Assembly (NCBI RefSeq): GCF_001194135.2
Contig: NC_068984.1
Coordinates: forward strand, 18,567,136 to 18,631,135
DNA: 64,000 nucleotides
Source of the DNA: Octopus bimaculoides
Lineage: Eukaryota
Reading direction: 5' to 3'
The notes beneath the pieces are model-generated. The model saw only the letters and a program-made list of their open reading frames with translations, did no database searches and had not been told where the DNA came from. Both the position numbers and the translations under genes were made by a program. Positions 1-12,471 of the stretch are shown piece after piece. Position 1 is the first letter of the stretch. Each line of letters begins with the position of its first letter.

Positions 1-623
1 AAATAAAGAACACACATGACAGATGTTTTTTTTTTTATGTGGTTCAAATATGCACTGTCTGGCACAATGTACATTTTTCTCAAATGTGTACACAGTTTTG
101 TTGTTTTGGGTGGATTCGAAACATGTAGAGACCAAAGCAGCTGTTCAGTTCTAAAATGTTTTCTAGCTCCTAAAAAGAAACCCAAGAAAGCCAACAACAA
201 CAGCCATTCAACAAAACCTCACTCAAATCACACCCTGACATCTTAAAAGACAGATTAAATAATGCAGTTTCTAAGATAGGCTGATCATAGAATACCTTTG
301 TTCATTTGTTTGTCTCTTCAATCTGGTTTTATGTGGGCCTGTAAAACAAGTCCTAGTTATAGTACATTCCCATGATGTCCTGAGGGTTAGTCAGCGTTAA
401 CATCTGTTAAGAGTGTTAAGGTTTTTGCCTGAGTAATGAAGATGTAAATAGTAATATTTATTGTGTCCTGAGTTTAATATCAGTTGCTATTTTCATTTTG
501 TTTTATCTCGATTTTCATTTGTGTTTACATTTCTAAAACCCTTATAAAAAGGCATGAACTTTCTGAGTTTCATATTTTAGCCTCCCTAAAAAAATCTCAA
601 GTTTCTTATCCCCATCAGAAACA

Positions 624-775
624 ATCATCGTTATTATTATTATTATTATTATCATTATTATTACCATTATTATTATCATCATTATTATTACCATTATTAT
701 TATTTTTATTATTATTATTATCATCATCATCATTATTATTACCATTATTATTATTATCATTATTATTATTATTGT
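624..775. repeat. (ATT/ATC)n trinucleotide microsatellite
   Basis: Direct reading; source of the poly-Leu and poly-Ile pseudo-ORFs at 484 and 542. Confidence 0.95.
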
Positions 776-2074
776 CGAGCGGACAAAATTGTCAATGCAT
801 TGGACAAAGTGCCTTGTGGCATTTAGTTACAATACTTTTCTTTTGAGTTCTAATTTTGTTAAGGCTAACTTTGCCTTCCATCTTATTGGGCTGATGAAAT
901 AAAGTACCAGTTAAGTACTAGGGTCAATGTCATTGATTTTCCCATTTCCTCATTTAATTGTTGGCCTTGTGCCAAAATTCAAAACAATTATTATTAATTA
1001 CTATATAAGCTCCTTTAGTTATTATCGTAAATTAGTGATTATAATAATTTGGCAATTTTTTTTTTTTTTTCATTTATCATTTCTTTTTTTTTCTCAAATC
1101 AAATAAAGGAAATAATCATCCCATGGTTATGTTTGGCACCTTGCAATTGCTATGTTTGTTCATCTCATTGGCTATTTGTTTAAAATTGCATGAAATTATT
1201 TGTCAGTCACAAACTTAATTTATTTGCATAAACCATTTCTTCTTCAGATATTTCATGATGCTGTTTTGTATTTTTGTTTGTTTGTTTGTTTGTCTAGTTA
1301 TGTATTTGCTGATGTTGTTTGTTTTTTTCTTCACTTTTATTTCTTTCTCTTTCATATTTTGTCATGTCTGTGTTTTTCTCTCTTTTATAAATCTCACTCT
1401 CTCTTGTAATAATTGATGTGTTTAATAACATTATATTTTATTTACAGATTTATTGTAATTATTTTATAACAATGTGGTGACTTAACATTTTTATATTTTG
1501 TGGCTATTGTTGTTGTTTTATTGAAATATACCAAAGGTAACACCACGATTAAAAAACCAAGTAATTCACTCACATGTTTTCCTTTCGTTTAAAACTTAAA
1601 ACTAACACAGCATCCACTTTCAGTTAGAGATAAATATTACCTTTTATCTATTTTCATTTATTTCCTCAACTCCCTCCTCCTTTTTAACTCTACAAGAATC
1701 CTATTAAATATTTTTGTAACTAGTTAAACAGTTAGAAGTATACTTAACATTTTTTGGTTATTATGTAATACCTGTCTGAATAGCTTGGTAGATAATTGAA
1801 TGGCTCATTAATTGATTTGTGTATGTGCATGTCAGAGAGAGAGAGAGAGAGAGAGAGAGGAAGAGTTGATGTTGAGGATTATGGCTGCTGAGGTTGATAT
1901 AATCTTCTAGTCTACTCTCCCAAATATCACACCTTGTGCCTATAGTAAAAAAGATTATTATTATTATTATTATTATTATTATAGATGTTGCACAGTATAC
2001 AATATCAAGAGGTTGTTGATTGAAGATATTGTGTTTATCAGGGGTTTGTACTGTTTGTCAGGTCACAACAAGGA

Positions 2075-2160
2075 CCTCACAGACAGTACTTTACGCAATG
2101 TGTGCAGTTCCAAGTAATGCCGACTTTTGCAATACATCTAGATTGTAGGGTATCTCTTAT
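2075..2160 (-). mobile_element. 3' end remnant of an RLE-type non-LTR retrotransposon (R4/Dong-like)
   Basis: Reverse strand reads LDVLQKSALLGTAHI-LRKVLSV with one frameshift, a typical C-terminus of this group. Confidence 0.55.
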
Positions 2161-2199
2161 TATCATTAATATTATTATTATTATCATATGTTGTTCTTA

Positions 2200-2390
2200 T
2201 TAAGGCAGCAAGCTGGAAGAATCATTAGAGCATCTGACAAATTGCTTTGGAGAATTTCTTTCAGCTCTCTGCAATCTGAGTTCAAATCCCATCATAGCCA
2301 AGTTTACCTTTCATCCTTTCAGAGTCAGTAATATACATTGAACACTAAATTTAAGGTCTTGTGTCTATAATAGAAAGAATTATTATTATG
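2200..2390 (+). mobile_element. SINE, family B (ggtgagctggcagaa head), degraded
   Basis: Similar to the copies at 7968 and 60918 (ctgagttcaaat..tttcatccttt). Confidence 0.6.
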
Positions 2391-3889
2391 AAGGTGATGA
2401 GCCAACAGAATCTTTAGCAAGCCAAACAAACTGTTTAGCCCCAACTCAGAACACACATTGTTGGAACAAGTATTGCAAGGCATTTCATTGAACGCTATAA
2501 TGATTCTATCAATCCACTGTTCAAGACTGCTATTTTATTTATCCACTCTGAAGAGATGACAAAGTTAACCTCATCAGGATTTGAACTCAGAATGCAAAAA
2601 GCCAGAATGAAATCCCAAGGCATTTCATCCACTGCTCTAACAACTTTACCAATTCATCACGATTGTGTATGTGTATGTATGTACATACATATATACATGC
2701 ATACATAAATGAGAGGTAACTCTCTAAATGAACATGGACTTAATAGACTTTATCATCTGATGAACAGAAATCAATGAAATAAGTCCAGGTTTAGTACTGA
2801 AGCCCATATAATTGAGTAAAATCTTTAAAGGTGACACCCCCAGCATGCCTGCATTCCAGTGACTGAAACCTGTTAAAACAAGAAGTGCAAACAGTTAAAC
2901 ATATACCTCTGTGTGTGTATGCCTCAGTGTTTCATTTACATTCCACTGAAGGTCTACTTTTTTGCTATGCATATTTGGGAGAACCGTCACTCCTTCAGCT
3001 ATAGGAACTGAAATCAACACACCACAACATGAAGCACTGGATGTGTTTTAACTACAGACACGGCAGTAACAGGATACAAACTGCGTGCATTTTGGCTTCC
3101 AGTGTGCCACATTTAATGCTCAAATAGCTACAACATTTGTGTAAATGCATATTTCATTATACATATATATATATATATATAAATGTTTATATGTGAATAC
3201 CTATATGTGTAGATATAGATTCGTATGTGATGTATATATAAATATATGTGTACAAATGCAGGAATGTGTGAGTGGATATGTGAGAAAAAACAAGAGCTAT
3301 AAGGAAAACAAACAAAAATGATAGTGTCATGGCAACTGTGCAGAATTGATCTTAAAATGTCTCTGTAGTTGTATCAAGCCTCTAGGCTTCAGTCAGTCTT
3401 GCTTCATATATCAAGATAATAATAAAGAAAATTTCAACTTCAGAAGTGATGTTGAGGAGACCAAATTATAAAAATAAACACAAAACTTTCCATGCAGACT
3501 TACATGGGAAGCTGGATAAATGTAAATCTCTAATTCGTATATGTTTGTGTGTTTTATAGAAATACATGCATATGTGTGTGTGTGTGTGATGCAAAAAAGT
3601 GGAGCCACTGTTGATAACTTCCTTGACAAAATTTCCATGCAACTTGTGTGACAAAAAAATTTAAAACAAAACTCAAGGCAACGTAGTCATTTAAGAGCCT
3701 ATAGCAGATAATCTGACAAATCTGTTACAGGCATGTCTATAATAAGAAAGTAGTTATGCACAAAATCAAGTTGACAGCCACTGTGTGTATATTTTGATTT
3801 CACTGAGGCGTAGCAATACTAATAATCAGTTGTTAAAGCTCAGTATACTTAAGCTTTTGAGTATAGTGTCAGATGAGTACTGAGCAAAG

Positions 3890-4095
3890 TATCAATTAAT
3901 GAGTGACAAAAGAACGGTTTCATGAGCTTATAGCTATTTCTGTTATAACAAGCATTGCATTCAGAGCTGAGTACTCCAAGGCAGCTATAAGGTGTTGCTT
4001 GAGCACTCAGCTATGAGTACACTCTTGTAGCAGAAACAGATGCAAACTTATGAAAGCGATTGCATAGCTCTTGTTTCATCATTTAATAATTGATA
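3890..4095. repeat. Degenerate fold-back (long inverted repeat)
   Basis: Nested arm pairs: tatcaatta/taattgata, ttcatgagcttatagctatttctg/cagaaacagatgcaaacttatgaa, agctgagtactc/gagcactcagct. Confidence 0.6.
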
Positions 4096-4275
4096 TATAT
4101 ATATAATTTGTGTATTGTAGTTTGTTGATCATAACATATAAACTATAAACAATGTTTGGAACTCCAATTTAAAAGGTCCATATGTGAGGAGCAAATGCTT
4201 TATGATTCCATGTTTCTTACTGTAGTTCCATTCCAATTACTATAAACACAGGCTACAAATATAAAACGACTGTGG

Positions 4276-4422
4276 AAATTAATCTTTACATTTATTCAAT
4301 ACGTTTTTACATGTAATCCAACAATACTATTTGTTATGTAATAATGTTTAAGTATTTTCATTATATAACAAATATTCTTGCAAATGAAACATGTAATACG
4401 TATTGAATAAACATAGAAATTT
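4276..4422. repeat. Short AT-rich inverted repeat (hairpin)
   Basis: Perfect 13-bp pair tttattcaatacg (4291)/cgtattgaataaa (4399), plus inner pairs ttacatgt/acatgtaa and tatttgttat/ataacaaata. Confidence 0.65.
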
Positions 4423-5544
4423 ATATCCTCTCTTGTTTCGAATGTGGTGTGTGTGTGTGTGTAAAGAAAACCACTCTAGTCTAATGAAACTAGTAATGAT
4501 CTATACCATTAAATACCATTTCAGTAAAGTTTATGAAATAGAATAAACTTATGTGCCCCTTAAGAGAAGGGAATAAATTCCAAGGTTTTCCTTTCAGGTA
4601 AGGCTGTTCGTTTGGAAGAAATGACAAAATGTATTGGAAAGCTATGCACAAGGCTAAAGATGATGATACCTTAGTGAGTTGGGTTTGCAGCCAAGTAAAG
4701 ATAGTGGTGATTGGTCATATGACAGGAAACATTAAGATAGAAAGGCCAATTGGAAAACCACTACACTGTAGAATGACTTTGCTAGAAATAGAGCAACCAA
4801 GTTGAAAAACGAAGGACAATTCTATAAAAAAAAAGAAATAGAAATGAATGAACAGCATTTTGGGCAAATGTTCTTTGCTGTAGCCTCAAGTCAGTCTAAC
4901 CTTGGGAGAAAAATTGAATAGACAGAAACTTTATATATGTTTGTGAATATTCAAATGTATGTGTGTGTGTTTGTGTATATGTTTATATATATGTGTTCAT
5001 TGTATGTATATAATGTCTATGTTTATATTTGTATGTGCATTTCTATAAATGGTCGTGTATGTGTGTCTGTGCATATATAATTTGTGTATATGTTTGTGCA
5101 TGTATATATATATGTGTTTGTGCATTTTTGTATTTATAGACACATGTGTATAGCCAAATGGTTAAGAAATCTGTTTCACAGTCATGACTGTCTAAACTCC
5201 ATCCATACTGCTAAATGAGATCTTGAGCAAATATCTCTTGCAATATCATTGGATGGATCCAAGCCTTGTTAGTAGAATTGAGTAGATGGGAACAGTGGAA
5301 GCTGGTTGTTAAGGCAAGAATAAAATGATTTTATTCAGCTAAAATGTTCAACTTCTTTACTTGAAGCACAAATGTAAATATATCTGTTTTATTGCAAATG
5401 GCTGGTTGCTACCATTCACCCAGAGTATACCGTAATACACACGGGTGGAAATATAATAATTTCATAGCTCTTATGATTCCAGTAGTTGTCAAAGCAAAGT
5501 GCCTGGTAAAGGGCATCAATAGCTGTGTTACCTGTACCAGGCAT

Positions 5545-5830
5545 GTGTCATCATCATTCAACATCTGTTGTCCATGCTTGCATGGGTTGGAAGTTTGACC
5601 AGGGCGGGTAAGCTGAGGGGCTGCACCAGACTCCAGTCTGATTTGACATGGTTTTTTTCAGCTGGATGCCCTTCCTAACACCAACCACTCTGAGAGTGTA
5701 ATGAGTACTTTTAAGTGCCACCAGCACGGGTGCCATTTGCATGACACCAGTATCTGCCACGACTGCGATTTTGCTCGACTTGATGGGTCACATGCTCAAG
5801 CATGGCATATTGCTGAAGTGCACATTGTAT
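5545..5830 (-). mobile_element. SINE, family C with (GAT)n tail
   Basis: catcatcattcaacatc..ccatgct..catgggttgg..cagctggatgcccttcctaac motif, shared with more than 10 copies in the window. Confidence 0.75.
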
Positions 5831-6004
5831 GCCAAGAAATACTATATCCAGCAACAGAAATTATTTGTAAAGGCAATAAAAATTTCTTAAATTTGAAGAA
5901 TGGAAACTTTTTTAAAAAGTTGTATTTTCATTTTTAATATAAATAATAAAATTAGGTCAGGTGTCATAATTCTAGATAATAATTCTATATTTATTATGCG
6001 CCTT

Positions 6005-6305
6005 TTTCAAGCCTAGCCAGGCTCATGGGCCCGGTTTCCCGGTTTCTATGGCGTATGTGTTCCCCCCCTCCCCAGCTGGATGGGACGCCAGTCCATTGCA
6101 GCATTACTCAAGAAACAGGAAGAAAGAGTGAGAGAAAGTTGGGGCGAAGGAGTATAGCAGGGGTTGCCACCACCCCCTGCCAGAGCCTCGTGGAGCTTTA
6201 GGTGTCTTCGCTCAATAAACACACACAACACCCTGTCTGGGAATCGAAACTGCGATCCTCCGACCACGAGTCTGCTGCCCTAACCACTGGACCATTGCAC
6301 CTCCA
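6005..6305 (-). mobile_element. tRNA-derived SINE, family D
   Basis: Minus strand has A-box tggtccagtggttagg, B-box gtttcgattccc and a central gatggactggcgtccc..ccag block; near-copy at 44878-45180. Confidence 0.8.
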
Positions 6306-6870
6306 CAATTATTCTATATGCCAATGACAAATCTTATTTTTCATTTGTCCTCTACTTTTGTCACTAAATATAGATGACATGTTGATCAGTGTGTGTTATA
6401 ATAAAATATCTGACCACTTGCTATGACTGCTATTGTCTCCTTTTATTGACACATTCCTAACAGATTTCATTGTGGGTGAGAAAGAGTTCTGGTTTATTTC
6501 ACTGTGAAAGTGACAGGTTTATTGCACTGTGAAAGGATACCTGAAATTGTAATTCCAGAAACATGAGTTTCAGCAAGTAATGAAACTTCAGGAAAGGTAG
6601 GTGAGAAAGGGACATTAACTATTGAAGTCTTAAGCAGATGAATACCGTGTAGGCATTTCACTGTTTTACAATGGTAAGTAGAATTTAGCTGAGGTTGGTA
6701 AACATCAGATAATTATCAAGGGTTTTCAATTTTCCCAGGTCAAGTTGCAGAGAATTATTTTCTATTTTGGTTGTTTGGTAGAGCAAACCAATGTTCCATG
6801 TAATGTTGAGTTTTTTTTTTTCTGACAGAAATATATTGAGCCAAGTTCCCATCATGCTCCCCATTAGTTT

Positions 6871-7006
6871 TGTCAATGATATAAATATATCATTTATAAT
6901 ATATCATTGTCAATGATATCAATATATCATTTATAATATATCATTGTTAATGATATCAATATATCATTTATAATATATCATTGTCAATGATATCAATATA
7001 TCATTT
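6871..7006. repeat. 37-bp minisatellite, about 3.6 copies
   Basis: Unit tgtcaatgatatcaatatatcatttataatatatcat starts at 6871, 6908, 6945 and 6982. Confidence 0.9.
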
Positions 7007-7039
7007 AGACGTTTATGTTCTTTAGTTCAGTCTAGAGGA

Positions 7040-7370
7040 AGGAGAGGAAGAGGCTGTGCCCCTGGCCCTTGTAGTCTCTCTGGGATCAATGAGATCGATG
7101 TTGTTAACAATTTGCTTCAACTATCACAAGTTGACAAGTTCAGGATTTACATGTGCAGGAAGGGAATTCCAGAGGTTTAATGTTTCTGGAAAGAATGGAC
7201 TGAGCATAGTGGTTAGTATGGGACCTGAGGCAATGGACAGAGAGTGAGGGATAAGTAAAGAAGAGACTAGTTAGTCAAGAGTGCCAACTCTGGAGAGCAG
7301 ATCTTGTAGTAGCAGTAGAAAAGCTGAAGGAAGAGACCTCATGCTTGTTGGATAGTGGTTGGAGTATATT
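7040..7370 (-). mobile_element. CR1/L2/jockey-group LINE ORF2 3' remnant
   Basis: Reverse strand gives ..SHTNHYAQS-FFPETLNLWNSLPAHV.., resembling the SFFPRTxxLWNSLP terminal motif; has stops and frameshifts. Confidence 0.6.
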
Positions 7371-7967
7371 TGTGAATGAATTTCATACCAATTGGTTCAA
7401 AAAGCCTTGGACTACTCAAATTTCATTGTCAGTAATTATACAACCCATCACTCTTAAGGCATTATTCATACCAAACAGTAACCTTGTAAAATGAAATATT
7501 TACCTGTCACCTTGAAATACATTGTATCACTTACAGCCATTGTTAAATGGAATCTAATGGTGTACAGCTTTCATATCTAATTTGTTGGAGAATTTATTAT
7601 ACAAAATAGAACACATAAGATCTTTCAACATTAGGTTGAGGAAAACAGCAAGATTTAGTAGCAATTGATTTTAAATTGTTGTATTGGTGGGATCAGGACA
7701 TTGGAACAAGTAACATTAAGATGGCTTTTAAATGAAATGATTGTTGTATTTAAACATAGGAGGTTATTTTAAAAATCATGTTCTGTAACTGTAGAGCAAA
7801 AGTTAAATGAAACAGTTAAATACTCCTAACACACAAGATGGAAGATGAAAAAACAGTCTATTTGGTTTTAGCTGTCCTGCCAATTCAAGGACGTTGCTGA
7901 AATGTTGGGAATGAGAAATTCATGCAACTCTCTAAATCAAGTGAAGCATCAATATATTGGCGAGCCA

Positions 7968-8180
7968 AGGCAATGAGCTGGCAGAAACATGAGTATGCCA
8001 GGTGAAATGCTTATCAGTATTTTGTCTGTCTTTACATTCTGAGTTCAAATTCCATCAAGGCCGACTTTGCCTTTCATCCTTTCAGAGTTGATAAATTAAG
8101 TACCAGTTGCATACTGGGGTCGATCTAGTCAACTGGCCCCCTCCTCCAACATTTCAGGCTTTGTGCCTAGAGTAGAAAAG
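7968..8180 (+). mobile_element. SINE, family B
   Basis: gagctggcagaaac..ttctgagttcaaattcc..gactttgcctttcatcctttc..gataaattaagtaccagtt..actggggtcgat. Confidence 0.8.
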
Positions 8181-11100
8181 AATATATTGGCTAACCTTAT
8201 ATACAATGATACTAACATTTTTTTCAAGTCCATTTCTTAGGTGTATCCTTGTTGTAGCAAAAGATGGTTGGTGCTGAAGTTGTGGCATTTTCTGACTGAC
8301 ATGATCATGAAAAATGTTCAGCCCTTTTGCTGTTGTACCAAGTTTCCTTCTTCACTGAACAAATAAAGCTGTCATGGTAGGAGCTAACACAGAAAAATCT
8401 TTAGGTCGATTTGTGGAAACAGTTTACTCATTGCTATGAAAACTAGATTCTATTTCAGCTAGAGTTTCAGACAGGGCATATAGAAAGAAAGGAAGAATTA
8501 CTACCAGTAATTCTGTGAGCAGCTTCCAGAGAATGAGCTTTGGTGATTGCTTGTTCCAATTTCAGTGAGAAGTTCTCAAGTAGATGAGTCTCTAATGCTC
8601 TCCTTTCAATATATATTACCAGTCACAGCTTGAAATATAAAGTATTTGTTGAGATTGTATTGAATTGTAACATAAGATTCTGTTTGCTGTTTTTGTAACA
8701 GCAACTGGAATCTACAAAAAAATTGCATTCTGTTTAATGAAGATTAAGTTGAGAATAATTATTGTTCAATCTGCAATGTCTGAAGACTGAAGGTGAGATA
8801 ACATTACCAAGCAAAATGAGTCTTTGTTATTTTGTGAAGTCTGGGAATTCAGCAAAAATACTTAGGAATGTAGTTTTTTTAGTGTGTCCACTCACTGTTT
8901 GTATGCGATGGAATGTTGTCAGAGTGATGTGCCAGAAGAAATTTTTCTTTTGTCATTGTATTTCACTGCAGAAAAACATGTCTCAGAGAAATTTCTGATT
9001 GACATTGTGAAAATAATTGCTTTCAGTTTTAGCTGAATAAATTGTTGCGACGAAATACAGTTGCCAGAATCAAATTGTTTTATTTGGTTGAAAGATTCAA
9101 CTTTAGTATTTGAAGCACTAGTGTAAACATATCCGTTTTGATGCAAATGGCTGGTTGCTAGCCTTCGAGTAAGGTATATCATATTGCTTCTAGACCGAAA
9201 GTAGCAATTGTGATTCCATAACACCCATCAGATAAACTTGCTTGTTATTAATTCAAAGAGGCAAGTATGCCACACACTTTGTCATACCGATTCTGCTTAG
9301 AGATTATGTTAAGGACACAAGTATCATGGAACACTCAGCCACTTATACATACATTGTGTAGAGAACTCAGTTGATAAAACAACTGGAATATTCATTGAAA
9401 CTAATTAAGGACAGTTTGTTCTATTATTTTATATACACGCATGTGTGTATATTTTTGTATGTGTATATGCATATTCATATATGTTTGTTTTTGTGTTTGT
9501 TGGTTTGCCTATATCGTGTCACTATATATAGTATGCGTATATATTTGTGAATATGTGTATTTGTGGATCTACTTATTAGAATGTTCAGTATGTGTTTTGA
9601 CCAGCTACTTGACTCCACTTGACCGGTACCGAACTTGTGAAAAAACATATATGCCCCAGAACCACACAGAACTAGAAGCCATTAATTAAATATCATCCTA
9701 GCATAATAAGATTATCAATGAAGATAATCTTGCAATATCAATATATATATATAATCACCATTAATCTTTAGACATGTTCAGCCTTATAAGAATGAAGAAC
9801 AATTCAGAATAAAGAGACCCAAGATATAAAGGATTCATAGGCAACAAGAATATCAAGCATTCCCATCATCAGCTGCCTAATAGATATCACTATGGTTTTG
9901 ACACCTAGGCAGTACTATTCAATCCAGCAGTGTCAACAGTATTGAAAACAAATGCTGCCTGAAAATCAATAGACATGTAGCAAGAGTGACATGTCCATTA
10001 TGTCTACACTTTCTTATCATTACAAATACCATCATTGAATGTAAACAAAACCATATGAACCTGTAGCTCCAAAGCTAGAAATTAAAAAGTAGTGTCTATA
10101 AAACAAAGAAATTTCTTCCAAAAAAGGACATTGCCATTTCAAAAACTATAGAACAAAATAGAAATAGCAAACAAAATGTATTGAGCAAAATTTACTGAAC
10201 CACCAACACATAACAGAAAATAATGACAACCCAAGGAATATCAAACCTAGAACTTTAAACATATAAATTCATGAACACAGATGAGTAGATATACTGTTTT
10301 GCATCCAATAACATGTTCCAAATATGAAAACACTCCTAAAACAAATTGAATGTGAACTAGCATAACAGTATACCTTAAAACCAATGTCCCCAAACCATGT
10401 GCAAAGGAAAAGACTAGCAAACATCAATATCTACTAAATAAATATTTAACAATAGAAAATAAATTAACCTAATAAATCACTTATTAAAAAAATTATATAA
10501 AATAATATAGATATAACAAAAACTTCCAAATCATAACAAATTACTAATATAAATGAATGACCTAACTATAAACAGACTGAATAACTTTCCATTTAATCAC
10601 ATGGCATTAAATCCTTGTGATTTGGGAACAATTCAAACTAAACCTATAAACTATTGAATAAACATAATTATAGAAAGAATTTAAACAAATATTTTTGCTT
10701 AAAACCCATGATTTTTGAAAGAGCCTTTTGTATTATTTTTATATATGTTTTCTGCAACCATTTCACCCTTTGAATTTTAAGAACTTACAGGTTTTTTTTA
10801 TAGTCTAAGTCTTGATAAACAACAGCATTAGTATAAAAGTAATACTTCAGCTGTGTGATTTATCCAAGAACCCAAGTTCAGTTAGACTGTAAACCATACA
10901 GTTTTTCTTTATTTGTTTTTATTTTTATATAGATATATTGGGATGAAGCTGAATGTAGGTTTGTGAACGTCATAGATGTTTACTTTTTCAAGGGTTTTAT
11001 TTTATTATTTTTTAATTGTATTTTTTCTATCATGCTGGCATCAAATGGGTGACTGACTTTTGCTGTCCGAAAACAAGTTGGTTGCACCCTACATATGTAT

Positions 11101-11328
11101 GTGTGTGTATATATATATGTATATACACAAGTATATATGTTTGTATATATGTATAAATGTAAGTAAACATACACATGTATGTATGTGTATGTGTATATAT
11201 ACAGACACACACATATATGTAGATATATATATATACATATATGTATTTGTCCTTATCAGATATGCAAGCTATTAATTATTACTTTCAAATAATTTGTAAA
11301 TACTCTGATTTATTTTTGTTGTTTCCAG

Positions 11329-11382
11329 CCCGTCCGAACTTTTTGAATTTACGCAGTAACACCCAGAGTAACACTGCTAAGC
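11329..11382 (+). CDS. KIF13B: KIF13 internal exon (54 nt, phase 1-1), RPNFLNLRSNTQSNTAK
   Basis: Acceptor tttttgttgtttccag, donor AGC|gtacgt. The RPNFLNL motif resembles invertebrate KIF13 stalk sequence. Confidence 0.75.
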
Positions 11383-12427
11383 GTACGTTTAAACTTCTCT
11401 CTCATTTCTTTCACCATGGTAGTACACATTTTCGGTACTTCTGCATGCCTGGATGTTGTCCTCCTCCATTCTTTTGGCTGTTATTGGTGATACAGTACAA
11501 TGTTCTTTCTACCCTTTCATCATACTTTCGAAAATGTCATCCTTCTCTATATTTCAATGTTTCAGACAGAATCATTCACAGTTATTCACTGCACTACTTT
11601 TTCGGCTTATTGTTTTCTTTATTTGCTATTAGTTTTCACTTTTGCATGATTTTGAAATAGTCTTCTGGGGATATTTTTACAAAGTTGTTGCTTATATTTG
11701 TAACTTTTGTTTCATTTCTTTTTCTTTTTTTTTCCTTTTTCTTCTATTTAGTTTTCATATAAAACACTGCCAGTTTTTATGGAAGATTTTCTTTTCATTT
11801 GTTGTGTGAACTAAGCATACTTCTCTAGCTTTAATATATATACAGCTTCATTACATAACTGAGTAGGCATCTAATACAGTTTAGTGTTTTCATCAAATTC
11901 TCAGTGTGTGTGTGTGTGTGTGTGCACATGTGTGCAGTTGTGTGCATGCCAGTGATTAAGTGTGAACTTCAGAAATATAGAATGTTAACATAAATTTGGT
12001 CACATCCCTCTCAGTTTTGAATTGAAATCCAGCTGGGTCTGAATATATTTTCTATATACCTAGAATATGGGAATTAGACCCAGTAATATACTGAAATAGA
12101 TTCAGTTGACTGTACTTGGTCTCTCCATTATAAAAGCTGGTCTTGTATCTTAGATATATATGTATGTGTTGCTACATACATGTGTATATGCATGTATATA
12201 TACATCTATATACATGCATATATATGTGTATATATGTGTTTATGTTCATATATGTGTGTGTGTGTATACACACACACTTAGACACATATATACATGTGTA
12301 CAAATATATATATATATTTAGGTATGTACATGTACAAATATGTATATGTTCATGTATGCATGCATTTGTGTGTGTATGTATATATGTATGTGTGTGTATA
12401 GATACATGGACACATTGTGTATGTATG

Positions 12428-12471
<44 letters not shown>

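Noticed and set aside
484-846. 120-aa poly-Leu ORF resembling a membrane protein
   Set aside because: It is the translation of an (ATT/ATC)n microsatellite.
6871-7006. CRISPR-like array (37-bp palindromic repeats)
   Set aside because: The units are directly adjacent with no unique spacers, there are no cas genes, and the context is eukaryotic.
9690-10700. Possible Penelope-like element remnant (A-rich; related segment at 18090-18300)
   Set aside because: The repeat similarity is real, but I could not read a convincing RT or GIY-YIG motif, so it is left unclassified.
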